A stretch of 62,186 nucleotides of DNA, the filler included, from Globobulimina sp. (Eukaryota), in NCBI GenBank assembly GCA_003354225.1. It is 31 parts of 31 records of this genome, joined end to end, with 100 filler letters (N's around TTAATTAATTAA, not from the genome) between each part and the next. Parts side by side here need not be neighbours in the genome. Positions count along the whole stretch, not along the records: positions 52,248 to 54,155 come from PIVH01010693.1; positions 54,256 to 56,163 come from PIVH01010694.1; positions 56,264 to 58,171 come from PIVH01010695.1; positions 58,272 to 60,179 come from PIVH01010696.1; positions 60,280 to 62,186 come from PIVH01010697.1; 26 more parts are not named here. One strand, 5' to 3'. The notes under the pieces were generated by a model. It was given only the letters and a program-made list of their open reading frames with translations. It ran no database searches and was not told the origin of the DNA. A program made the position numbers and the translations under genes. Below are positions 52,639-62,186 of the stretch, piece after piece (position 1 is the first letter of the stretch; every line of letters starts with the position of its first letter).

Positions 52639-53731
52639 ATGGGGAACAATCAGTTAAGTCTTAATTTCGTATTTTCTTAATGTATGGAATGATCGTAACT
52701 ATTTACATCAGAAATTCATGTGAAACAAATAATGTCCAACACTCATGTTTTGGCGCCAAATTATTAAATAAACGAAATAACAAAAATAAACTCTCGGAAG
52801 AATTTATTATCAATTTACATCGTAAACAAATACAAAATGGAATTCGATATACTTTATGTGATCAAAGAAGAGTTGTCTTTATATCACTGATTGGTTTATA
52901 TCAAACATGGTATTTATGTCCAGCGCCAATTTTATATTCATCGATATTCATGTTACCATTAGCAAGAAAATGGATATATTATCCATCAGAGCACAAAAAA
53001 GAAATTGCGCAACACATATTTGGTAAAATCACTCTTTTTAAAAGTTAGGGCATTAAAATTTGTATACATATTATACTAAACATACATACATATATTAAAA
53101 ACACACGATATCGATCGAAGACGGAGCTGTTTTTAAAGATTTTGTGCGTTTATTAAAATGGAAAGACAGTCAGAAATTAGTATTTTGGATGATTGGTGAC
53201 AATGAAATCGAAGATGAAAAATATGAAAGTGAAGAAAACGAAAATAATGTGTTCGTGGCTCCTTTTTGGAGAAATGTTAATGCAAAATTACGGAATTTAT
53301 ATGATCCGATTTCAAAGTCAACCTATAAAGCAATTGTGATGAATGCAAAATGGTGGAAGTTGAAGTGCAATAAATCGATTAGCTGTAAATCACGTTTTGA
53401 TGTAAAATGTGTGGACATTTTGTGTGAATTATATTTTGTAACAATGAAATTTAGAGCAATCCAAGAAATAATATATCAATCAAATCCAGACTCATTAAAT
53501 CCAATTTTAGCTTACGATTCAAATTCATATTTAAGGGTAAAAAAAAAAGAAATTGTTGAATCTAAAGCCAAATTGAAAAGGTTTGTCAGTGAAAAAAAAC
53601 ATTTATGTGACCATTATGGCTTTATCTTGTTTGAAAATGGATGTTGTGGCGATATGACTGATATTGACAGTGATAATGAAGGCATATGGACGATTTCTGC
53701 AGATTATGACGAATATGATGTTAATGTGTAA
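52639..53731 (+). CDS. Hypothetical protein, three predicted exons, MGN start
   Basis: Intron 52653-52711 is in frame; a second intron probably lies at about 53023-53120. Confidence 0.45.
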
Positions 53732-54335
53732 AGCTTCCAAAAAATAAATTAATAATATTCATATATATTGTATATGGTATACAAGTGTTTGTTGTTTGAT
53801 ATTATTGTTTTTTCCTGCATTGTTTTTGTTTTTTATGCGTGTGCGTGATATAAGTTTGTTTTATTAACATTGTTTTGCATTATTTCTAGTGGTTTTGTGT
53901 ATTAATTTTATTTGCATTATGTTTAATATGTACAAAATAAAAGGAATGATGATTGAGTCGAGTTAGTAAAGTTACCCTTTTTGGTCGTTCCGATGATTGT
54001 AGTTATTTTCTCGTCTTCCATGTGTACAAACACTTCAAATTCTAAATTAAAATTCTTGCTCAATACTTTTTGTATTAAACAACACAAACATAAAAAACAC
54101 TTTTTATTCACTTTGAACACAAACACAAAAAGAAGAAAAAACACACATAAAAAAANNNNNNNNNNNNNNNNNNNNNNNNNNNNNNNNNNNNNNNNNNNNT
54201 TAATTAATTAANNNNNNNNNNNNNNNNNNNNNNNNNNNNNNNNNNNNNNNNNNNNGTCATTAGGTTTTGAGAATGAAAGGTGCAAGTTTTTTTTAGTAAG
54301 AATATTATTTATGATTTATTACAACAATATATCAA

Positions 54336-54800
54336 TTACTTCAACTGATAAGCATCCATATAATTTATCATCCAATATGCTTCTTTAAAATATGCGGGAT
54401 TCTGCCCAACAAATTCCGTGCAAGTCTTACCATTTGCCACTGATGACTGGCATTGTTGAAATTCGTTCCCAGCCCATCCGCAGAAATAGATATCAAATCG
54501 TATTTTTTTTGGTGTATTAAAATTTGATGCTAGACACCAAGAACCAAATTTAAACTGTGCATAGGGCTTACCCCATGTGGACGGATCCGCTTTTTTATTC
54601 GTAACATCATTTGGCACTTCATCATGAGTCCAAAACGACATTCGAATGCTTCCAATATTTGGATTATTTTCGTGCGCGAATACACCACCTCCAATGTCAT
54701 TAAATCCGTGGCCATAACTCGACGATTTCTGTGGTTCAATCGTGCATCCACCACTTCCATGGTTATCATCACAATTTGTAGAGTCCCATTTGCCTGACAT
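54336..54800 (-). CDS. GH16 (Lam16A-type) beta-glucanase, C-terminal half only
   Basis: SYGHGFNDIGGGVFA, FW...VP.D, PSTWGKPYAQF, FDIYFCGWAG, YFKEAYWMIN. Confidence 0.85.
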   Translation of the reverse strand: MSGKWDSTNCDDNHGSGGCTIEPQKSSSYGHGFNDIGGGVFAHENNPNIGSIRMSFWTHDEVPNDVTNKKADPSTWGKPYAQFKFGSWCLASNFNTPKKIRFDIYFCGWAGNEFQQCQSSVANGKTCTEFVGQNPAYFKEAYWMINYMDAYQLK

Positions 54801-54883
54801 CTCTGCAACGTTTTCATGCGATTTTTCCGACAAGCCATCGGATCTTTTCGTAGCTAAGTTTTTCAAACAGTTTTCATATATCA

Positions 54884-56046
54884 ATGGTCTGGCTACTATT
54901 TTATGTGTTCACCATTTGTCTTGGTGCCACTGCCACATTGGATACTCTGATCAAAAATGGTCGTGTCATTGATCCCCATTCGCAAACTGACGATATATTA
55001 CACATTGGAATAACAGCTGATAAAATATCATTTGTACACACAGATCTACCATCAAATAATTTAATTGACAACAACACCAATATTATTGACATAAATGGAT
55101 TGATATTAACCCCAGGATTTATAGACATTCATGCTCATCATCAAAGTGCAGAAGGTAATGCATTTCAGGCACGCGACGGTGTTACAACCAGCTTAGAATT
55201 AGAAATTGGTAGTTTCCCCGTAAAACAGTGGTATAATAAACGAATAAAGAAAGCGAATAATTTGCTTAATTATGGTGTATCGACAGGTCATGTTCCCTTA
55301 AGATTATACATTTCAAATCGGGATTTTTATACAAATCTACAAGATGCAAATGCTGATCTCGAGGATATATTAATTGAACCATTCGTTCGCGGCATAGATA
55401 AGTTGCCGTCAAACAGCGAATGGAGTGATAAAGAATATGATGACAATGAAATGGCACAAATGCTAAAGTACATTGAAATGGGTTTAACTGTCCATGGTTC
55501 TTTAGGTATTGGTCTTGGAATAGCTTATGTTTCCAAAGGATGTGACAGAAAGGAAATATATGCAATCTATAAACTGGCACAAAGGTATGATACGATCATA
55601 TTTGTTCATGTCCGAAGCAGTAAAGATATTGCTGCATTTCAAGAAGTTATAGCAAACTGTGCGATATTTAATGTTTCCACTCATATCATGCATATAACTT
55701 CGTCATCCATGGATTATTTGCCTTTTGTATTGGCAATGATTGACGACGCGGCCCGCAATAACTTGCCGTTAACTACAGAGGTTTATCCATATTCGGCTGC
55801 GTCCACTTTGATTGATAGTAATGTATTCAGTGAGGGGTGGCAAGAAAGACATGATTTAACGTAACACAAACAAATCTATTTGAGATATAATTGACAGTAT
55901 GAAATTGTTTGCGAAATATTTGCTGTGTTCTCAATAGTTTTGTTTGTGTACAACTGTAAGTTTTAAAGATTTGCAATATGTGAAAACCGGAGAAAGATTA
56001 ACTGAGAAAACGTTTAAACGTTATCGAGAAAATGAAGGTGGATTAG
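54884..56046 (+). CDS. N-acyl-D-amino-acid (D-glutamate) deacylase-like amidohydrolase with signal peptide, 3' truncated
   Basis: IKNGRVIDP, PGFIDIHAH, DGVTTSLELEIG, FVHVR, EVYPY. Intron 55861-55960 continues into DLQYVKTGERLTEKTFKRYR. Confidence 0.85.
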
Positions 56047-56470
56047 ACCCAATCCAAATAAGACTGGCATTCATTTCATTTATTTTACAATTATATATTG
56101 AATGGATTTGAATAGGAATTAATGGATATGATTGGGAATGACTTGTAATGAATGATAATGAATNNNNNNNNNNNNNNNNNNNNNNNNNNNNNNNNNNNNN
56201 NNNNNNNTTAATTAATTAANNNNNNNNNNNNNNNNNNNNNNNNNNNNNNNNNNNNNNNNNNNNTCAAAATAATGATTGGATTCAACAGAAAACAAAAGAA
56301 GAATTTGATGGATTCAAAATTTCAAATGATGTTGAAAAATTATGAGAAACACATTAATACACACAAAGATATAAAAAAAAATAACTTATTAATATAATAA
56401 ATGTTAAATTTATCAAAAGGTTGAGTGAAGAAAAAAATTACAAATTGCCAAAACAAAAACTAATATGAAG

Positions 56471-57855
56471 TTAAACAGAGTTATTTTTTGATAATGATGT
56501 GATTGAAGGGGTACTAGTTAAATAATTTCCATTTTGTGGTTTATTATTATCCAAATTTACAATACATTTTGAGACTCGTAATAATAATATTTTTGAAATT
56601 AATGACCTAATTTGAAGAGAATTACATTGAATTAGCCGCGATAAATAAGGGAATATAATACGTATTTTATTATTAAACTCTTGATCGGTAAAATGATCCG
56701 AAGATAGTAAATGTTTCAGAAATAATGAAACAGCATTAACTAAATATTTTGTATCTGATAATGAGCGCGATTGCTTTCTTTCGCGTACATATATTAATTG
56801 CATCAATTGTATCCCTAACGGTATTAAGCGATACTCTGATAACTGACGAATATCATTTACACTCATCTTATGATTGTCAATTATAATCTTATATTTATTC
56901 CTATTCTTATTCTTATTACCCACAGGCTCAGGCATTGACTTTTGCGTTTTTAAGTCAGTTATATTTATATTTAGACTCATATTGTTATTGCTATTTGGTG
57001 GTGGTGGCGTATTGGAATTGGAGGCTATGTTTAATACTATTTGTGATTGTACATTTTCATCAATACTCGGTATAATTGCTATTTCGTCCTCATCATCTTT
57101 CGGTATCTCCTTTTTTTGTTGCTGTTGTCGAAGATGCATATGTTTAATGGAAGCATTCTTGCATTGAAATAAGACCGTTAATCCGCAATGAAAAGCAGTT
57201 GATTCTAATTTATATAACAAATTACACAAATTCGTATCTTGCTTGGCCGGCGAGGACCGATTGGTGCTATATTTTAAGAATTTTAATTTACTGATAAATG
57301 CCACATCTTTGGTAATGGATAAGACAAAATCCTGTGACATTTGAAATGCGTTCAATATGTCCACACATTGATACAATGTTAATTTGTTCAAATGTTGTTT
57401 GGTTATTTTATTCAACGTATTGATTAATGATAACTGCGATGTACATAACACCGACACTTTCTCTACATTTAATATTGAATTCGGAATGCTTATTTCATGC
57501 CCATTTTGTTGATTTTTATTGCTTGTTTTTTGATCCAAATCAAAGAATCTACGCAAACGCTCCGATTTTAATGACGACGGCACAGTGCGTTTAAGCGACA
57601 CAATCAAATCCGCAATCACAATGTTCCATTGTTTACAATCCAATTTCGGGCCTAAAGCTTGCAACAATCGCTTCAAACATTGATGTCCGATTTGTGAGGC
57701 ATCATACGATTGTTTCATGATAATAAAGGTACACAACAACGACACCACATCGTGTAATATTGGTGCGCAAATAAAGAAGAATTGATGAAATAACTCAACC
57801 AAATTACTCAACGCCGGATGACAAGTCGTCTCTAACCAAGAATAATCATCATACA
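56471..57855 (-). CDS. BIG/Sec7-family large ARF-GEF, C-terminal region
   Basis: WLETTCHPALSNLVELFHQFF, ASQIGHQCL, CTSQLSLI, FPYLSRLI..IR. Confidence 0.7.
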
Positions 57856-58171
57856 CTGGCTTGCCAGTCTCACAGCAGGGCACCCGGCCCTTGGACCCCA
57901 TGGTAGCTGCTGGTGTTGCAGCCCAGTATACTGGAGGCGGCGTAGCTCCCCTGTTGGTTGCTGAGCAGCCGATTCTACAGACTCCACGTACACGAGTGCG
58001 AATGAATGAGACGGATCGGGTTGGCTTTGTCGCACTTAGTGAGGAAGGTCGAGGTTTGGGCGAAGTATACAGACTCCACAAGCCTGAACATGGTGCAATA
58101 CAACCTCCCTGCCTGCCAGCAATCAATTTCGAATACCCTGCAGTGTGTGTAGTGGACCATAACCTTTATTG
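57856..58171 (+). other. GC-rich foreign segment encoding a Kelch-like (KLHL-type) fragment
   Basis: Abrupt rise in GC; QPILQTPRTRVR and YPAVCVVDHNLY. Confidence 0.5.
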
Positions 58172-58462
58172 NNNNNNNNNNNNNNNNNNNNNNNNNNNNN
58201 NNNNNNNNNNNNNNNTTAATTAATTAANNNNNNNNNNNNNNNNNNNNNNNNNNNNNNNNNNNNNNNNNNNNTTTATTTGTTGATTTTGAAAGACCGGATT
58301 TATCATTGTTTCAAACTGCGATCAATAAAATAATATTATTTGCTGCCCCAAAAGTCAGTAATATGTGCTCCTATGCTTTAAACACACAAACTGACATTCT
58401 TAATAGTTGACATTTTAACAGACTATTTTCGTTTCTATTTTATAAGATAGCTCTATTGGAGA

Positions 58463-58690
58463 ATGTCACTTGTCTCCGTTGAACAATTGCAAGCACGAAA
58501 CAATGCATTTAATGATATGCGTAAATATGGTTTTCAATATTTACAATTATTGGACGTTGAAAGCATAGATAAACCGCGTGATGTGGTGATAATCGGTAAA
58601 CAAATGTTAGAGAATGGATGGATATCAAGCAGCAATAAATGGCGTTTATTAGAACGAATAGCAATTTGTGCGTTGGAGTCCGATGAATGT
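58463..58690 (+). CDS. EMC2/TTC35-like N-terminus, interrupted
   Basis: PRDVVIIGKQML..KWRLLERIAICAL resembles the EMC2 N-terminal helices. Confidence 0.5.
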
Positions 58691-59173
58691 TTTACGAACA
58701 CCATCCACGAAATTAGTACCTAAATCAACCGAAATCAACGTTAACCTCTCTTTTATCCATCTATGTAATCTCTCAATTTGTCCATTTGTCCATTTGTCCA
58801 TTTGTTTCTGGATAATACGGAGTTGCGATCCGTTGTCACTTAATATTGCTGATGGTGGACCAAACAAAGACAGCCATCGTTCGTCTGCCTTAATCACAGT
58901 CACTGTCTTAATATTTGTCACTGGTATCAACATACAGAATCTTGAGAACTTATCAATCATTGAAACAATATATCGATTACCTTTTGTTGTTTGCGGCAAT
59001 GAACCAACAATGTCAATGGATATCAATTCAAATGGTGCTGTTGCTGAAAACGTTTTTATTTTGCCAGATTTAAATGACTGTAAATATAATGCAACATCAC
59101 TACGCAATCCAGGCCACCAACTACGCAATTGAATAATAACAATAAGATTATTATATTCATACAATATTCCCAC
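58690..59173 (-). mobile_element. Degenerate Ty3/gypsy LTR-retrotransposon integrase
   Basis: WWPGLRSDV, PFELISIDIVG.LP, YIVSMIDKFSRF, SDNGSQ, NGQIERLH; internal deletions. Confidence 0.9.
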
Positions 59174-59692
59174 AATAATTCCAAATTAATATTATAATCG
59201 ATATTAAAATCGAACAAGAACCACATTAATTAATCGCATTATTAGATGGACAATTTGAATATATTCGATCGCGTTAACTTATCCCTGAGATCATCAACAC
59301 ATTCTTCTTTCATCTTATTTCCATCCCATGTTACATCATTTATTAGTGAATGAACAAATTGATTTACATCGATCAAAATTACATTAGTTGTAAAAACGTT
59401 CCGAACGAACTTATTAGACAAAAGAATGGTACAACATATCACAATGAGAGTATGAGACTCACAATGATAATCATAATTGAAACCAGATTATATACATATA
59501 TCTTAATTAATTATTCAGCTACATCTATCACTCAAGCGACTACAAACAATTATTGACAATACTATTAAGTTAGAAACAATACTGCATGATCCACAACCCA
59601 TTGCTGCAACTAGCAACTATTAATTAACTCCAGAAATGACTTCAAAATTTCAGACTGCTACAGCAAGTATACAGAGTACAGCCTCCAACACT

Positions 59693-59750
59693 CAAATATT
59701 AATCAAATATTAATCCAATATTAACAAATATTAATCCAATATTAATACAA
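59693..59750. repeat. Short AT-rich tandem repeat (about 11-bp caatattaat unit, about 5 copies)
   Basis: caaatattaat caaatattaat ccaatattaa caaatattaat ccaatattaat. Confidence 0.7.
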
Positions 59751-60280
59751 TATAGACACCAGAATAAAGTCCACCCAAAAGAAGAAAATCCTTGTTCAAG
59801 AAACAGAATAATTATGATATATACTTTTATGAAAGCTTGATATTTAAGGAATCCTATTATCCCATTATAAAAGATTGCTACTGACCAATCTTGGGACGGA
59901 GTGATGTTGTGATCCTCTATATTCCTCAATATCATAATTCCTCATAATTCCTATTAATACTTGTATATCTATTAGTGTATCCTATTTATATTCTTTCTTC
60001 TTTATCTTTACTTTATCTTAGTCCCCTTATTAACATACTTATAATCTATGACATTCTACAGCTTTTTCTTCACAAAGAATCGTTTCATATTCTCCCTGAG
60101 TGTAAGCGTTATCTTAGTTGCATTATTAGCACCAAGATGTTATAAATATGTGTTTCTAATGAAACATGATGTAATGGCANNNNNNNNNNNNNNNNNNNNN
60201 NNNNNNNNNNNNNNNNNNNNNNNTTAATTAATTAANNNNNNNNNNNNNNNNNNNNNNNNNNNNNNNNNNNNNNNNNNNNA

Positions 60281-60938
60281 TATATTGCAGAATGTTTACA
60301 ATTTGGTGAGCTGATAATGTCCGGACTTGCCTTAAGTTTGCGATTGCCACACAATTATTTTTATGATATTAAAATGTAATGAATCTTTCTATGTTTTACG
60401 CATTTTACATTATCCATTTCAAAACTCCTCGGATGAGGAATATGGGGAATATGGATGTGGGGAACATAGAGATTACGGATGTTTAACATTTATAAATTGT
60501 GATAATACAATGGATTGCTTAGAGGTAAAAGGCGCAAATGGTGTGTTTGGGAAAGTGAATGTAAATGCGATGGAAGCATATCAGGATTGTTTTATTGTAA
60601 ATTTAGGCGATATGTTGAATTTGTGGAGTGGTGGATTGTATCAATCGACACCACATAGAGTGGTAACACCAACCTACACAAATATTTGTAATGAATCCAT
60701 GCAATTTAATAGACGCAACAATTCGGAGATTGGCAGGGTATCTGTACCGTTTTTTTATGAACCAAATTGGGAAACTATTATAAAACCGATTGAGATTGAG
60801 ATGGGAGAAAGTATTGCAATGGAATGGGAGGTCGAGGATAAAATAAAATGGAAACAGATGCAAGGTTTCAGAGAGAATGCGAAGCCAATTATGTATGGTG
60901 ATCATTTGAAAAGTAAAGTGTTTTCTAACTTTTATTGA
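60281..60938 (+). CDS. 2-oxoglutarate/Fe(II) oxygenase (IPNS-like), 5' truncated, 1-bp frameshift near 60371
   Basis: LRILHYP, EHRDYG (HxD), VNLGDML, STPHRV, RVSVPFF. Confidence 0.9.
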
Positions 60939-61184
60939 CTAATACATGCTTCTCGAGCAGTTGCCGAAATACACCAATTTGTAAAATTAGCAGATGCATG
61001 GACATCAATAACAGTGGATAACACGCAACATGTTGACTCCATCTCTGCTCGCAAGTCGCAACTCGACTCGACTCGCGCCTATTAATATAGTACTAGTATT
61101 ATATGAGACCCACTCTGCTCTGACTCACTCGAGTTGGACCTCTGATCGTCCAAACACAAAATTCTATAGTTTTTCCAATTAATT

Positions 61185-61561
61185 CTATTCGTATTGTGGT
61201 TGAGCTTGACCCATTTGTTTTGGAGCAATATCATGTGGCACAAATTGGAGTTTTGAAATTGCTGTGAGGAGTCTTTTACGTATTCCATGTGATGTGTATC
61301 CAAATTTTTTCAACTCATCGTCAGTGGTGTTTTGTAACAGTCTCATTAATGCTCCGTAAAAGCAATTATCGACATTGTACTCATTCAAAAATTGTTTGAC
61401 AGCCAGTATTGCACACTCTGCATCCGTGTCTGGTTTGTCTTTGTCATTGACATCTGCGCTGATCACAACTGGCTTCATTGATGATTGCGATGGATACAAA
61501 GATTGTGCATTTGTTGATAATGCACGCGACACATTCTTTTTTTGTGTTTTTGAATAAGGAT
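61185..61561 (-). CDS. SAM-domain-like protein fragment
   Basis: VKQFL...TDDELKKFG..HGIRKRLLTAISKL. Confidence 0.55.
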
Positions 61562-62151
61562 TGTGTGGCCAACTCACTTTGGTCACCCAAAGCTAACCGT
61601 TCATTGTCAAGCTGCGCGGCGTTGCGGCGCAGGTTTTCATTTCGATTTCTAAAATGTTCCAACTGCTCACCCCGCACATGAACATCAGAGGCATTGCGGT
61701 ACTGTTGCGCTAACGTATTACTGACTTCTCCCGAGCTTTCTTTTGCTAACGTTTCAAATATCTCTTTTTGAGGAAGATCCCCATATCGCGCACTGGCATA
61801 GTCATTAGATTTAGCTGGCGGGTTCACTCCCATTAAGTCGTTCAATGATCGAATGTCTCGTTCGATGCCTAAGTAATCACGGCGATCAATTTTGTTTTTT
61901 AGCGACTCGACTTGATTAAGAAAGACCTGATACTCACGAAGCGTTTGTTCATACTGCTCAACCGCAGTGAGTAACTGATTCGTATCCAATCCGGTCTGTT
62001 TGAGTAATTGCGAATACTCTTTGAGTTGGGTGCTGTATTGCGTCATCATTTGGGTGATGTTGGCCACATCTATAACCGGAAAACCTCCAGAGTGACCAAC
62101 GGGTGTTACCAGGTTCAAAGTTAACGCTAGAACAAGCATTCTTTTTCTCAC
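61562..62151 (-). CDS. Bacterial type IV secretion VirB5/TrbJ-like protein, 3' end replaced by eukaryotic DNA
   Basis: Signal peptide followed by GFPVIDVANITQ and Q/Y/L-rich helices. The GTG start overlaps an upstream TGA (GTGA) after a purine-rich aaggaaagag; higher GC and no introns. Confidence 0.75.
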
Positions 62152-62186
62152 AGCTCTTTCCTTAGTTCCGTTTTGAAACGACGTAT

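Noticed and set aside
60371-60379. Euplotes-type programmed +1 frameshift
   Set aside because: The site is AAA-ATG-TAA rather than AAA-TAR, and it is a single instance.

Overview
This window is not one locus. It is 31 unrelated contigs of about 1.9 kb, sorted by decreasing length (1911 to 1907 bp) and joined by an artificial 100-bp spacer (44 N + TTAATTAATTAA + 44 N), so gene neighbourhood means something only within a contig. Most of the DNA comes from an AT-rich, gene-dense eukaryote with short (about 50-100 bp) GT-AG introns. The intron style and the repeated SPRY, 7TM and coiled-coil genes suggest a protist, possibly a foraminiferan or other rhizarian (inference only). Recognisable genes include succinyl-CoA ligase beta, an AFG3/FtsH protease, NMD3, mitoribosomal uL14m and uS9m, a PAPS transporter, a Pirh2-like ligase, an arylsulfatase, an SDR, a GNAT, LRMDA-like, Sfi1-like, a BIG ARF-GEF C-terminus, a Cys-less pLGIC, a chitin deacetylase with CBM5/12, a GT96-like glycosyltransferase, GH16, a D-aminoacylase and a 2OG-Fe(II) oxygenase. 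Four retroelement fragments are present: two LINE RTs, one Penelope-like RT and one gypsy integrase. Several contigs contain abrupt junctions consistent with amplification chimeras, including a bacterial VirB5/TrbJ-like piece and a GC-rich Kelch-like piece. The best leads are an intron-containing ankyrin + RelA/SpoT-synthetase-like nucleotidyltransferase and an apparently endonuclease-less Penelope-like element in a 1794-bp tandem or circular unit. All calls come from motif recognition by eye; no searches were run.
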